A stretch of 64,000 bases of DNA from Rhodoluna sp. (GTDB taxonomy: Bacteria > Actinomycetota > Actinomycetes > Actinomycetales > Microbacteriaceae), in assembly GCA_030831605.1 (NCBI GenBank), contig JAURKU010000006.1:7704-71703 (forward strand), in the 5' to 3' direction. This document shows positions 28,399 to 39,129 of this stretch, one piece after another. Position 1 is the stretch's first letter; every line of letters begins with the position of its first letter. The notes below the pieces were generated by a model that was given only the letters and a program-made list of their open reading frames with translations, was not told the DNA's origin and did no database searches. A program made the translations under genes and the position numbers.

Positions 28399-29148
28399 TT
28401 AGGATTTTCCCAGTATTCGACCAGCCAATTCTGTGTTATCGGTGACTATCCCGTTTGCACCGCGATTGATCAATCTTCTGATGGATTTTTCATCGTTGAT
28501 AGTCCAGAAATGAATTAGAGTTCCAGTTTTGCTTATTTGTCGAATAAATCTCTTAGTGTCGAATCTAATTCCATACATTGATGCAGGCACTTGAAGAGCC
28601 CCGACGTTATTCAAGAGATTCGAAATACCAAATCCGAAAAAAGCTCTCAATCTAACTCGTAGTACCAAAGAGGCACTCGCCGAGGTGGCAACTGGTTTAG
28701 ACACCAAAGCAATTGCCTTTTGCCTTGTACTCTCACTGAAGCTTGAGATAAGCACTCGCTGATGTGCAGAGCATGATTCAATTGCGCGAACGGTTGGATT
28801 TACAGCTAGTGGATCTTTGATGTCCAGGTTGAATTTCATTTTTGGAAATTGTTCTAACGCTTCAATCAAAGTTGTCGGAGAGCCTCCCTGAACAAATTTC
28901 AAGAGCTTAAACTCTTTCAAGCTAAGCGAACTAACTTTCTCTTCGCTGCCTGTCAGCCGCTTCAAGTCCTCGTCGTGGAAAAGTACTGCGTGGCCGTCTC
29001 GAGTGCATCGCACGTCGGTTTCAATGTATTCGGCACCAAAATCTATGGCGTGTTTTATCGCTTCAAAAGTATTCTCACTTGGCGGGGAATAGCCACGGTG
29101 AGCAAACAGTGCTATACCGCTGCCTGAAAAGTAAGGATGATTTTGCAT
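28399..29148 (-). CDS. Glycerophosphodiester phosphodiesterase family protein
   Basis: AHRG, ENT, ETDV, HD, WTIN, GIVTD; GAAAGG SD supports ATG 29148. Confidence 0.9.
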   Translation of the reverse strand: MQNHPYFSGSGIALFAHRGYSPPSENTFEAIKHAIDFGAEYIETDVRCTRDGHAVLFHDEDLKRLTGSEEKVSSLSLKEFKLLKFVQGGSPTTLIEALEQFPKMKFNLDIKDPLAVNPTVRAIESCSAHQRVLISSFSESTRQKAIALVSKPVATSASASLVLRVRLRAFFGFGISNLLNNVGALQVPASMYGIRFDTKRFIRQISKTGTLIHFWTINDEKSIRRLINRGANGIVTDNTELAGRILGKS

Positions 29149-29185
29149 CAACTGCCTTTCAAGATGCGGCGGTAGGCTAGGGGGA

Positions 29186-29818
29186 GTGAGTACTTGGACG
29201 AGACCTAAAGTAAAACCTATTGCCAGATTAGTCCTAGGTTTATACCTTTTTGGACTTGGCCTAGCCATGATGATTCACTCTGGACTCGGCGTTGCTCCTT
29301 GGGATGTTTTGGGTCAGGGCCTACAAAACCAAACTGGCTGGAGTTTTGGAGTCACCACGGTTATTGTTAGCGCGGTAGTTTTGCTTCTCTGGATACCAAT
29401 CCGACAAAAACCAGGCTTGGGCACTCTTGTCAACGCCGTTTCTATTGGTCCTTTCGCTGATTTGTCTAGGCCGCTAATGCCTGAAACTACCGGTTTTTGG
29501 GCAAATCTTGCCCTCATGTTGCTCGGACTTGTTGTTGTGGCAATGGGATCAGGTCTTTATCTGTCAGCTGGTCTTGGTGGAGGACCAAGAGACGGGCTAA
29601 TGGTTGGGCTAACTCGAGTTACCGGTATTCCATTCTGGATTGTCAGAACAATAGGCGAGTCATTGGTGCTAGTAATCGGATGGCTTCTAGGCGGCACAGT
29701 GGGCCTTGGCACGGCGCTTTTTGCCTTTGGTATTGGATATCTGGCTCAGATATCGATGAAGATTTTTGGTTTTGACCCTAAAAAGGACCATTTGAACCAG
29801 CAAGGGCAAAATGTCTGA
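29186..29818 (+). CDS. YczE/YitT family membrane protein
   Basis: GLGVAPWDVL, GLGT, GPRDGLM, GGTVGLGT repeats. Confidence 0.87.
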   Translation: MSTWTRPKVKPIARLVLGLYLFGLGLAMMIHSGLGVAPWDVLGQGLQNQTGWSFGVTTVIVSAVVLLLWIPIRQKPGLGTLVNAVSIGPFADLSRPLMPETTGFWANLALMLLGLVVVAMGSGLYLSAGLGGGPRDGLMVGLTRVTGIPFWIVRTIGESLVLVIGWLLGGTVGLGTALFAFGIGYLAQISMKIFGFDPKKDHLNQQGQNV

Positions 29819-30281
29819 GAAAATTCACGTCAAACATCGAGAAACAGCCAGGGTGCTCCTAGTTAGCCCTGAAAAGACATTTTTACTTCTCAAAACGCAT
29901 TTTGATCCAGAAGTTGGACTGCCGCCGCGTTGGCTAACTCCTGGAGGTGGGATTGATCAGGGTGAGACCCCAAAAACAGCCGCGATCAGAGAATTACGCG
30001 AAGAAACCGGCTTGTTTATTGAAATCGACCGCCTAGATGAGCCAATTATGGTTACCAGCGGCCGCTGGGACTGGGCCGATGGAAAAAGCTTTCATACTTA
30101 CACCGATACGATTTTTGAATTTGTAACTGAAGAATTTCAACCTGATACATCTGGATTCACTCAGGATGAGTATCGCGATGTTTTGGAATATCGCTGGTGG
30201 AGCCTAACTGATCTGCTGAAAAGCGTCGAGCCGCTAGGGCCTCACGAACTAAGAAGCCTTATCCAGGAACGTTATCAATAA
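29811..30281 (+). CDS. NUDIX hydrolase
   Basis: Nudix box GGIDQGETPKTAAIRELREETG. Confidence 0.92.
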   Translation: MSEKIHVKHRETARVLLVSPEKTFLLLKTHFDPEVGLPPRWLTPGGGIDQGETPKTAAIRELREETGLFIEIDRLDEPIMVTSGRWDWADGKSFHTYTDTIFEFVTEEFQPDTSGFTQDEYRDVLEYRWWSLTDLLKSVEPLGPHELRSLIQERYQ

Positions 30282-30307
30282 CACCGATAATGAACATTAT
30301 GTCAAGT
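30280..30307 (+). other. dif: dif site (XerCD chromosome dimer resolution)
   Basis: AACACCGATAA-TGAACA-TTATGTCAAGT has 11-6-11 architecture, and the right arm resembles the XerD arm TTATGTTAAAT. It lies between convergent genes where strand bias flips. Confidence 0.9.
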
Positions 30308-30332
30308 AATGTTTATTTGGGCCTCGAGGCCT

Positions 30333-31394
30333 TTACCGGTTACTCTCCTCCACCCAACGCCTCAGTAGTTCATTTGCTTTACCCGAACTGATTGCCAGAG
30401 AGGCATTTTGGAATCCTTGATTGATTCGTTGGGCGAAGTCGAAATCGTCCAAGTCGTTGGCTTTACTGAGATCGTAAGCTGCCATTGCCACAGCTGCATT
30501 TAGGGCTACAATTTGGAAAATTGGGTGATTCTCCCCCAAATTCCCAGTCAATAGCTCCCTGGCTATATTGGCGTTCTCTGAAGCATCACCGCCGATTAGG
30601 TCTTTGATGTCTGCCTTTTGAATTCCCAGCGTGGCAGGGTCAAAGGTAAAGTCTGCAATTTTGCCGTTCTTGACTAACTTGACATAACTATTTCCAGTTA
30701 TGGTTAGCTCATCCAACCCATCTTCGCCCCGAAAAACTATAGCGCTTCGGCGTCTCAGGGCAATCTGGTCGGCTAATTTATCAACGATCTGGGCATTGGC
30801 AACGCCTAGTGCAGTTGCCAGGGGTTGAACGGGGTTGACCATTGGGCCTAGGAAGTTAAAAGTGGTTGGCACCCCTAGTTTTTTCCTTATCGGGGCTACA
30901 TGCCGCAGCGCCGGGTGGAAAAGTGGCGCAAAGAAGAAGCTAATCCCGATTTTTTCAAAAACTTCGGCTATCTGATCTGGAGAAAGGTCTAATTTCACCC
31001 CCAGTGCCTCGAGAAACTCTGAAGAACCGGTCTTTCCTGAAGCAGAACGTGAGCCGTGCTTTAGAACTGGAACGCCTGCGGCAGCCACAACAATGGCGGC
31101 CATGCTGGAAATGTTCACAGTGCCAAGTTGATCTCCCCCAGTTCCAACGATATCAACAGCATCGTTTGATACTGGAACCGGGATCGCGTTCTGGAGCATG
31201 ACATCCACAAAACCGGAGATTTCATCCGAGCTCTCCCCCTTGGCCCGGAGCACCAACAAAAATTCGCCCACAACTTCGGGATCGCTCTCACCAGAGATCA
31301 TGCTTTCCATGGCCCAAGTTGCTTCGGTTTTTGAAAGATCTTGGTTGGCAGATAATTTGTCCAGCAAGCTTTGCCAGTTCACCGAATGGTTCAT
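30333..31394 (-). CDS. trpD: Anthranilate phosphoribosyltransferase
   Basis: DIVGTGGD, NISS, KHG, FFAP.FHPA, GLDE. Confidence 0.95.
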   Translation of the reverse strand: MNHSVNWQSLLDKLSANQDLSKTEATWAMESMISGESDPEVVGEFLLVLRAKGESSDEISGFVDVMLQNAIPVPVSNDAVDIVGTGGDQLGTVNISSMAAIVVAAAGVPVLKHGSRSASGKTGSSEFLEALGVKLDLSPDQIAEVFEKIGISFFFAPLFHPALRHVAPIRKKLGVPTTFNFLGPMVNPVQPLATALGVANAQIVDKLADQIALRRRSAIVFRGEDGLDELTITGNSYVKLVKNGKIADFTFDPATLGIQKADIKDLIGGDASENANIARELLTGNLGENHPIFQIVALNAAVAMAAYDLSKANDLDDFDFAQRINQGFQNASLAISSGKANELLRRWVEESNR

Positions 31395-31493
31395 TTCTAA
31401 AGTTTAGCCACAGTGGAGAAAAATCAGACAAAATTCCTTGCCACGACAGGGTTTCGGGCCAATTATAACGATTTGAACATGTAGAATTTAGAC

Positions 31494-32111
31494 ATGAGTT
31501 CCGCTTCTGCAGCCCACAGCCAAATCCACCGGCCAAGCCCAACTTCGGTTGGAACAATCGTCTGGCTGGGCAGCGAAGTCATGTTTTTTGCCGCTCTATT
31601 TGCCATGTACTTCAGCCTCAGGGCTAACTCCCCCGAAATCTGGGCCCACGACACTGCAATTTTGAACTTTCCATTCGCATTGATCAACACTCTGATCCTT
31701 GTAGCCTCCTCTTTTACAGCTCAGTTCGGTGTTTTTGCGGCAGAACGTCTACAACCTAGGGCTACAGGCATGTCTCCTTTGAAATGGGGAATGGTCGAGT
31801 GGTTCATCCTAAGTTATGTCCTAGGTGCCATCTTCGTTTCCGGACAGGTCTGGGAGTATGCGATGTTGGTAAGTGAAGGTGTCTCGTTATCTAGCAACTC
31901 TTACGGATCAGCTTTCTACATAACTACCGGTTTCCACGCTTTACACGTAACCGGTGGTCTAGTTGCTTTCCTTTTGGTCATCGGAAAAACTTTCGCAGCT
32001 AAAAGATTTGGTCACAAGGAAGCAACCAGCGCGATTGTAGTTTCTTACTACTGGCACTTCGTTGATGTGGTGTGGATCGCACTGTTCCTAATTATTTACG
32101 TTTTGAAATAA
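31494..32111 (+). CDS. ctaE: Cytochrome c oxidase subunit III
   Basis: [26 protein letters not shown]. Confidence 0.95.
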   Translation: MSSASAAHSQIHRPSPTSVGTIVWLGSEVMFFAALFAMYFSLRANSPEIWAHDTAILNFPFALINTLILVASSFTAQFGVFAAERLQPRATGMSPLKWGMVEWFILSYVLGAIFVSGQVWEYAMLVSEGVSLSSNSYGSAFYITTGFHALHVTGGLVAFLLVIGKTFAAKRFGHKEATSAIVVSYYWHFVDVVWIALFLIIYVLK

Positions 32112-32126
32112 CAGAGATAAGAAAGC

Positions 32127-32927
32127 ATGATGCAGAAGCTAAAACGCAAACTAAATGGTCTTCGACGCAGCCCTAGGTCGGTAATTGCAGTTTTGTTCGC
32201 TGGATTGATTGTTGTTGGCTCTGGATACACCGCGGTAAATGCTTCCGTCTCTTCAGAACGTACCGTTGAATACACCAAAGAAGACATCGAATACGGTAAA
32301 AAACTTTTTCTTTCCAACTGCGCATCTTGCCACGGTAAAAACGCGGAAGGAACTGCAAACGGTCCAAGCCTGATTGGTGTCGGTGCTGCATCTGTTGATT
32401 TCCAGGTTTCCACCGGCCGTATGCCAGGAGCAGCCAGCGGCCCTCAACTTCAGGTAAAGCCAGTTCAATTCACTGAAGAAGAAATTCATGCTATGGCAGC
32501 ATTCGTCGCTTCTCTCGGCGCAGGACCGAGCGTTCCTGACGCGGCCTACCTGCAGGCTAATGGTGATCCAACTAAAGGTGGAGAGCTATTCAGAATCAAC
32601 TGCGCGATGTGCCACAACGCTGCTGGAGCAGGTGGTGCTTTGACCGAAGGTAAGTACGCACCTAGCCTAGATAACTCCTCACCGAAAATTATTTATGAGG
32701 CGATGGTAACCGGCCCTCAAAACATGCCGGTTTTCAACGATGCAAACATCTCCCCCGAAGAGAAAAATGACATCATCACCTATTTGGTATACCTCAGAGA
32801 AAGTGCTTCAGTCGGTGGTGAAGAACTAGGTGGTCTAGGTCCAGTTGTTGAAGGTCTTGTTTCCTGGTTTGGATTACTTGGAATCATCATTGCTATTACC
32901 ATCTGGCTTGGCGCAAAGTCGAACTAA
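32127..32927 (+). CDS. qcrC: Cytochrome bc1 diheme cytochrome c subunit
   Basis: Two CxxCH motifs (CASCH, CAMCH); N- and C-terminal TM. Confidence 0.95.
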   Translation: MMQKLKRKLNGLRRSPRSVIAVLFAGLIVVGSGYTAVNASVSSERTVEYTKEDIEYGKKLFLSNCASCHGKNAEGTANGPSLIGVGAASVDFQVSTGRMPGAASGPQLQVKPVQFTEEEIHAMAAFVASLGAGPSVPDAAYLQANGDPTKGGELFRINCAMCHNAAGAGGALTEGKYAPSLDNSSPKIIYEAMVTGPQNMPVFNDANISPEEKNDIITYLVYLRESASVGGEELGGLGPVVEGLVSWFGLLGIIIAITIWLGAKSN

Positions 32928-32942
32928 ACGAGAAAGTAAAAA

Positions 32943-33977
32943 TTGAGCGAGCAGTCAAAAGAAGTTGAGCGGTCCCAAAACGCTGGCTTAGCAGTTATCA
33001 AGCCAGATGCGGTTCGCGATCCCGGCATCGAGCCACACCGCGTTCGGATGACCGATAAGAGCCCGAAGCACGCAAAGAGTGCTGCACGACAAGTCGCTCT
33101 GCTGTTCACACTTTCTATGTTTGGCAGTGCCTTTGCGCTATGGACATATTTTGCATTCCCAATCAATGAAGATCTAAATACAGTTCGTCAGAACACTTTA
33201 TTTCTTGGTGTTGGTATCACGCTTGGATTACTTGGTATTGGTATCGGAGCAATCCACTGGGCAAAGACTCTTATGCCAGATCACGAGGTTGCAGAAGATA
33301 GACATCTGTTGGCCTCCCCCGAGGACAAACGCGCTGCCGCAATTGAAATCATTAATCTTGCCAACCAGGAATCAGGATTCACTAGAAGAAAACTAATTCG
33401 TAGAACTCTCTACGGAGCGCTAGCTCTATTTCCGCTTCCCGGTCTAATTATTTTTGGAGATTTAGGTCCAAACCCAGGAAACTCACTTCGTCACACCATC
33501 TGGAAAAAAGGTACAAGATTAGCCAGAGACCCATACGGCACCCCAATTAAGGCCTCAGATGTCACCATCGGATCGGTTTACCACGTTGTTCCAGAAGGTT
33601 TAGTGCCAGGCACTGAACACTACCTAGAAGAGAAAGCTAAAGCTGCAGTACTTCTCGTCAGAGTTGAGCCAGACAAACTTATTGAGACTGAAGAGCGTAA
33701 GTCCTGGTCATACCAAGGTATCGTTGCCTATTCGAAGATTTGCACGCACGTCGGTTGCCCTGTTGCTCTTTATGAACAGCACACCCACCACTTACTTTGC
33801 CCATGCCACCAGTCCACTTTCGATCTGGTTGACGGTTGCAAGGTAGTATTCGGTCCAGCTGCGCGACCATTGCCGCAGCTGCCAATTTACGTTGACGAGG
33901 AAGGTTACTTGAGAGCGCAGAGCGATTTCAATGAACCGGTTGGTCCATCATTCTGGGATAGGAGCGTGAAGAGTTGA
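32943..33977 (+). CDS. qcrA: Cytochrome bc1 Rieske Fe-S subunit
   Basis: CTHVGC and CPCHQS; internal TRRKLI Tat motif after two TMs. Confidence 0.95.
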   Translation: MSEQSKEVERSQNAGLAVIKPDAVRDPGIEPHRVRMTDKSPKHAKSAARQVALLFTLSMFGSAFALWTYFAFPINEDLNTVRQNTLFLGVGITLGLLGIGIGAIHWAKTLMPDHEVAEDRHLLASPEDKRAAAIEIINLANQESGFTRRKLIRRTLYGALALFPLPGLIIFGDLGPNPGNSLRHTIWKKGTRLARDPYGTPIKASDVTIGSVYHVVPEGLVPGTEHYLEEKAKAAVLLVRVEPDKLIETEERKSWSYQGIVAYSKICTHVGCPVALYEQHTHHLLCPCHQSTFDLVDGCKVVFGPAARPLPQLPIYVDEEGYLRAQSDFNEPVGPSFWDRSVKS

Positions 33978-35617
33978 GCAGCACATCTAATCAACCAAAG
34001 AAGAACAACTTCCTAGCCGGAACCGCGAACTATGTTGACGAGCGCCTTGGAGTTGCAGGTGTTCTGAAAGAATTTGGTCGCAAGATCTTCCCCGATCACT
34101 GGTCTTTCATGCTCGGTGAAGTTGCTCTCTACTCGTTCCTGGTCTTGCTCTTATCTGGAACATTCCTTACCTTCTTCTTCGATCCTTCGATGACCGAGGT
34201 CGTTTATGACGGAGTCTATGCTCCGCTCAAAGGCGCTCACATGTCGATTGCTTACGCCTCCAGCTTGGACATAACCTTTGAAGTTCGAGGTGGCTTGCTG
34301 ATGCGTCAGGTCCACCACTGGTCAGCGCTACTATTTGTGGCAGCTGCTGGATTACACATGCTTAGAGTCTTCTTCACTGGGGCATTCCGCAAACCACGCG
34401 AAATGAACTGGGTTGTCGGCTTTGTACTTTTCGTTCTTGGTATGGGTGCTGGATTCACCGGTTATTCGCTTCCAGATGACCTGCTATCCGGAAACGGATT
34501 GAGAATCATCGATGGAATGATCAAAGGCATCCCCTTTATCGGAACATGGATTTCTTCATTCCTATTCGGTGGAGAATTCCCAGGCACTTCCATAGTTCCG
34601 CGTTTGTATAGCCTGCACATCATGCTAATTCCCGCATTGATTTTAGTCTTCTTGGCAATCCACTTAGTGATGCTGGTTGTTCACAAGCACACCCACTACT
34701 CTGGTGCTGGAAAGAAAGACACCAACATTGTCGGTTACCCGCTAATGCCTGTATACGTTGCAAAAGCTGGTGGATTCTTCTTCATCGTCTTCGGTGTGAT
34801 CATGTTGATTTCATCATTCTTTACCATCAACCCGATTTGGAACTATGGTGGCTATGACCCCTCCCCTGTTTCCGCAGGTACTCAGCCTGACTGGTACATT
34901 GGTTGGCTAGATGGTGCGCTGCGTTTAGCGCCGACTGGTATGGAATTCATGATTGGTGATTTCACTGTTTCAATGAACATCCTGCTGCCACTTGCCGTTA
35001 GCTTAATCTTCTTGGCTCTAGTAGCGGTCTATCCGTTTATTGAAAACTGGATTACCGGTGACAAGAGAGAACACCACGTTTTGGATCGCCCACGTAATGC
35101 TCCAGTTCGAACAGCTATCGGTGCAGCCGGTGTTATGTTCTACGCGATTTTATGGGCTGGTGCAAGCACCGACCTGATCGCTACGCAGTTCAAGATGTCA
35201 CTGAACCAGGTGCTTACTGCTATGCAGATCTCACTTATCGTTCTGCCGATTGTTTCCTTCATGGTGACTAAGCGCATTTGTTTATCGCTGCAAAGAAAAG
35301 ACCGAGAGGTTGCCATTCACGGACGTGAAACAGGTCGAATTGTTCGCCTTCCGCACGGTGAATACATCGAAGTTCACGAGCCACTAAATGAATACGAACT
35401 CTACAAGTTAGTCGATTACAAGGACTACCAGCCAACGCTGGCTAGGCCAAATGCCGCAGGCAAGATTACCGTAAGGGCAAGGATAAGAGCATCGCTATCC
35501 AAGTTCTACTTCAAGGATCGAGTATCTCCTGCGACTCAGAGCGAAATCGAAGAGGCAAGACACCATGCCGAAGAGATAGAGCAAGAAGTTCAGAAAGCTA
35601 TTGAGTCAGCCAAGTGA
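33974..35617 (+). CDS. qcrB: Cytochrome bc1 cytochrome b subunit
   Basis: FPDHWSFMLGE, HHWSA, TGYSLP, PDWY. Confidence 0.96.
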   Translation: MSSTSNQPKKNNFLAGTANYVDERLGVAGVLKEFGRKIFPDHWSFMLGEVALYSFLVLLLSGTFLTFFFDPSMTEVVYDGVYAPLKGAHMSIAYASSLDITFEVRGGLLMRQVHHWSALLFVAAAGLHMLRVFFTGAFRKPREMNWVVGFVLFVLGMGAGFTGYSLPDDLLSGNGLRIIDGMIKGIPFIGTWISSFLFGGEFPGTSIVPRLYSLHIMLIPALILVFLAIHLVMLVVHKHTHYSGAGKKDTNIVGYPLMPVYVAKAGGFFFIVFGVIMLISSFFTINPIWNYGGYDPSPVSAGTQPDWYIGWLDGALRLAPTGMEFMIGDFTVSMNILLPLAVSLIFLALVAVYPFIENWITGDKREHHVLDRPRNAPVRTAIGAAGVMFYAILWAGASTDLIATQFKMSLNQVLTAMQISLIVLPIVSFMVTKRICLSLQRKDREVAIHGRETGRIVRLPHGEYIEVHEPLNEYELYKLVDYKDYQPTLARPNAAGKITVRARIRASLSKFYFKDRVSPATQSEIEEARHHAEEIEQEVQKAIESAK

Positions 35618-35652
35618 TCCTTAGGCTTCAAGCTTTTTAGCCAAACCCACGA

Positions 35653-36075
35653 TTAGTGGGCGTGCTGCCCTCTTGAGTGTTCAAAGACGAAGCCGATTAG
35701 AGCAATGAGAGCTAGTGGGAAACCGATTGCGAAAAGCCACCAACCAACTGCAAGAGACGTAAAGCAGATGGCTGAGCCGATACCAAGAGCTAGTGGCCAC
35801 CACGACCATGGTGCGTAGAAGCCAACCTCGGCTTCACCATCTTCAATATTTGCCTCTGGAAGATCTTCCGGCCCGGTGAAGTTTCGGGCCGCTTTGCCAA
35901 AGTAAAAAGCAATAAAACCCGAAAGGAATACCAGCATTCCGATGGCAGCCGTTCCAATTACTTCGATCTGGCGGTTATCCTCGGGCGAAGCAATCCAAGA
36001 CCAATAGCCGTAGGCTACGGTGACAATCAAATAGAAAAAAGTCAACAGGATAAAAATGTTGGTATTAGTCTTCAC
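35653..36075 (-). CDS. ctaF: Cytochrome c oxidase subunit IV (actinobacterial)
   Basis: PED...I......GF..P.SWWP motif; directly after ctaD. Confidence 0.9.
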   Translation of the reverse strand: MKTNTNIFILLTFFYLIVTVAYGYWSWIASPEDNRQIEVIGTAAIGMLVFLSGFIAFYFGKAARNFTGPEDLPEANIEDGEAEVGFYAPWSWWPLALGIGSAICFTSLAVGWWLFAIGFPLALIALIGFVFEHSRGQHAH

Positions 36076-36078
36076 GAA

Positions 36079-37734
36079 CTATGCCTTTGCCTTTTGGTTA
36101 CTTGACGCTTTAGCCTCTGGAGCTGCATACTCGGGGTGATTTAGATCAAAGGCCGGTGACTCGCTTCTAATTCTTGGAATCGAAGTGAAGTTGTGACGTG
36201 GGAATGGAGAAGCTGTGGCCCATTCCAGAGATCTTCCGTAACCCCAGGGGTCATTCATTTCCACTCGGACACCCTTGCGGTAAGTAACCCATACATTCCA
36301 TAGGAATGGAATCATGGACAGTCCAAGAAGGATTGAGCCAATTGAAGAGATCTGGTTGAATTCTGTGAAGCCATCACTAGTTAAGTAAGTTGCGTATCGA
36401 CGAGGCATACCCATCACACCTAACCAGTGTTGAATCAAGAAGGTCAAGTGGAATCCAAAGAATAGCGTCCAGAAGTGAATCTTGCCCATCCGCTCATTGA
36501 GCATCTTGCCAGTCATCTTTGGCCACCAGAAATAGAAACCCGCAAACATTGCAAACACAACAGTTCCAAAGACTACGTAGTGGAAGTGAGCTACCACAAA
36601 GTATGAATCACTCAAATGGAAATCAAGAGCTGGTGAAGCAAGAATTACGCCAGTTAAACCGCCAAAGATGAATGTGGTTAGGAAGCCAAGGCTAAATAGC
36701 ATCGGCGTTTCAAAGGTAACCGACCCTCGCCACATCGTCCCAATCCAGTTAAATATTTTCACACCGGTTGGCACCGCAATCAGCATGGTAGTGAACGCGA
36801 AGAATGGCAGCAGCACAGATCCGGTCACATACATGTGGTGGGCCCACACCGTCATTGAAAGTGCTGCAATTGCGATAGTCGCATACACCAAAGTCCGGTA
36901 ACCGAAAATCGGTTTGCGGCTAAAGACCGGGAAAATCTCTGAAACGATTCCAAAAAATGGAAGCGCAAGAATGTATACCTCGGGGTGTCCAAAGAACCAG
37001 AACAGATGCTGCCAAAGCATGGGACCGCCATTAGCCGGATCAAAAATGTGAGCGCCAAACCGTCGGTCCGCACCTAGAGCGAAAAGCGCTGCAGCAAGTG
37101 GTGGGAAACACATGATCACCAAGATTGATGTGACCAATGTGTTCCAAGTAAAAATCGGCATGCGGAACATTGTCATTCCAGGAGCTCGCATTGTCACAAT
37201 CGTGGTGATGAAGTTGACACCACCCATAATTGTTCCGAAACCGCTAAGTGCTAAACCAAATACCCAAAGATCGCCACCTAAACCTGGTGAGAAAGTGGTA
37301 TTTGAAAGCGGAGCGTAGGCAAACCAGCCGAATGACGCCGCTCCCTGAGGTGTGAAGAAACCTGCGACTGCAATAAATGAACCGAAGAAGTAGAACCAGT
37401 ATGCGATTGCGTTCAATCTCGGGAAGGCAACATCTGGTGCACCGATTTGAATCGGCATAATTACGTTGGCAAAACCAGCGAAAAGTGGTGTCGCGAACAT
37501 CAGCAGCATGATTGTGCCGTGCATCGTAAAGAGCTGGTTGTATTGCTCTTTGGTTTCGACAATAGTCAGATTTGGCATGGCTAACTGAGCACGAATAATC
37601 AGGGCCATCACACCGGCAATCATGAAGTAAATAACCGAGGTAACTAGGTAGAGGTAACCAATCTTCTTGTGATCGGTCGTGGTCAACCAGTCAACAACAA
37701 TTCGACCTTTAGACTTTTTCGCAGTTGTAATCAT
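36079..37734 (-). CDS. ctaD: Cytochrome c oxidase subunit I (A1 type)
   Basis: HGTIM, FGHPEVY, WAHH, HFHYV, MPRR. Confidence 0.97.
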   Translation of the reverse strand: MITTAKKSKGRIVVDWLTTTDHKKIGYLYLVTSVIYFMIAGVMALIIRAQLAMPNLTIVETKEQYNQLFTMHGTIMLLMFATPLFAGFANVIMPIQIGAPDVAFPRLNAIAYWFYFFGSFIAVAGFFTPQGAASFGWFAYAPLSNTTFSPGLGGDLWVFGLALSGFGTIMGGVNFITTIVTMRAPGMTMFRMPIFTWNTLVTSILVIMCFPPLAAALFALGADRRFGAHIFDPANGGPMLWQHLFWFFGHPEVYILALPFFGIVSEIFPVFSRKPIFGYRTLVYATIAIAALSMTVWAHHMYVTGSVLLPFFAFTTMLIAVPTGVKIFNWIGTMWRGSVTFETPMLFSLGFLTTFIFGGLTGVILASPALDFHLSDSYFVVAHFHYVVFGTVVFAMFAGFYFWWPKMTGKMLNERMGKIHFWTLFFGFHLTFLIQHWLGVMGMPRRYATYLTSDGFTEFNQISSIGSILLGLSMIPFLWNVWVTYRKGVRVEMNDPWGYGRSLEWATASPFPRHNFTSIPRIRSESPAFDLNHPEYAAPEAKASSNQKAKA

Positions 37735-37736
37735 GA

Positions 37737-38603
37737 TTAGTCCTTCTTCTCTGGGTCGTCACCAGGAAGGTTATTGTTCCGGTTGAAATTAGGGTCATCT
37801 GGGTTTGCCGAGAGTTGACCGGTGTTGCCCATCTGAGCTAGTTTGGCCATTTGGGCGTCGTAATCCTGCTGAGAAACTACCTTCACATTGAAAAGCATCA
37901 TTGAGTGGAATTCACCGCAAAGTTCCGCACATTTACCCTTGTACTCCCCTATTACTTGAGGGGTGAAATACATTTTGTTTACAAAACCAGGGAAAACATC
38001 TTTCTTGTAGAGGAAGTCAATCACCCAGAATGAGTGAATCACATCTCGAGATACTAAATCGATTTCAATCTTCTTGTTAACTGGTAGGTAGAGAGTTGGA
38101 AGATCTTCTTCCTTGTCATCAGCTTGCAGCTGGATTCCGGTTTCATAAACATTGTTGTTGGTGTAATTGAAATCCCATGACCATTGCTTACCGATTGCCT
38201 CGATGCGATAGTCGCTGTCAACCTTCTTTTCGATGGCGTTCATGTCAATTGTGGTTTGAGCGAAGAATCCAACAACGAGAATAAATGGCACCACTGTGAA
38301 TAGAGTCTCGATCGGCATGTTGTAGCGAAGCTGAGGTGGAATTTCGCGGTCACCTTTGCGGCGGCGGTAGACGATGATTGCCCAGAACATCAATCCCCAG
38401 GCGATGATTCCAACTATGTAAAGAACAATCCATGAACCGTTCCAGAGCTGAACAATTCGTTCGGTGTGGTTGGTGACACCGGTAACCCCAGGTAGCCATC
38501 CCCTAGAAAACTCCTGCGATGTGCAGCCAGACAAACTAGCCAGTAACAGGGCAAAAATAGGCAGAATGGCCCATCTTGAAAGCTTTTTTTGAGGCAAAAC
38601 CAA
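37737..38603 (-). CDS. ctaC: Cytochrome c oxidase subunit II (lipoprotein)
   Basis: Lipobox LSGC; CuA ligands DVIHSF and [12 protein letters not shown]. The start may be TTG 38597 given SD spacing. Confidence 0.95.
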   Translation of the reverse strand: MVLPQKKLSRWAILPIFALLLASLSGCTSQEFSRGWLPGVTGVTNHTERIVQLWNGSWIVLYIVGIIAWGLMFWAIIVYRRRKGDREIPPQLRYNMPIETLFTVVPFILVVGFFAQTTIDMNAIEKKVDSDYRIEAIGKQWSWDFNYTNNNVYETGIQLQADDKEEDLPTLYLPVNKKIEIDLVSRDVIHSFWVIDFLYKKDVFPGFVNKMYFTPQVIGEYKGKCAELCGEFHSMMLFNVKVVSQQDYDAQMAKLAQMGNTGQLSANPDDPNFNRNNNLPGDDPEKKD

Positions 38604-38692
38604 TCCTTCGATGTTGATTCGTTATGTTCTAAGTCTAATCTCTCAAGCGCTCAACATCGGCCATAAACACCAATAAACAAGGGGTATTTAAG

Positions 38693-38726
38693 CAAATTTG
38701 CCCACCTCTGGGGTGGGCAAATTGTG
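38693..38726 (-). terminator. Hairpin terminator after erpA
   Basis: 12-bp perfect stem AATTTGCCCACC / GGTGGGCAAATT, 16 nt past the stop codon. Confidence 0.7.
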
Positions 38727-38739
38727 TTAAGTTTCTGGC

Positions 38740-39102
38740 TTAGCTAAAAGAAGATCCGCAAGCACAGGTGCCCTGGCTATTTGGATTGTCTATTTCGAAA
38801 GATCTCTTCTGGAAAGTATCAACGAAATCGAAAGTAGCTCCACTAACGTAAGGGGCAGTCATGCCATCGACAACAACCTCTACCCCACCGAAATCACGAA
38901 TTAGGTCGTCCTCGCGTAATTCTGGGGTCAGCACAAACGGTAGGTACTGGAAACCAGCGCAACCACCGACCTTGATTTCAACGCGCAGACGCAGTTTTTG
39001 TCCCGGCTCCAAATCGGAAACGTCGGCACCTTCAATGTGTCGAAGTAACTCAGCTTTAGCTGCCTCAGTAATTTCAAGGCCATGGGTCAAGGTATCAGAC
39101 AT
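38740..39102 (-). CDS. erpA: HesB/IscA/ErpA A-type Fe-S carrier
   Basis: GGCAGFQY and NPN...CACGSSF. Confidence 0.88.
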   Translation of the reverse strand: MSDTLTHGLEITEAAKAELLRHIEGADVSDLEPGQKLRLRVEIKVGGCAGFQYLPFVLTPELREDDLIRDFGGVEVVVDGMTAPYVSGATFDFVDTFQKRSFEIDNPNSQGTCACGSSFS

Positions 39103-39129
39103 AATTTTCTCCGTTCCCCTCTATTCTAA

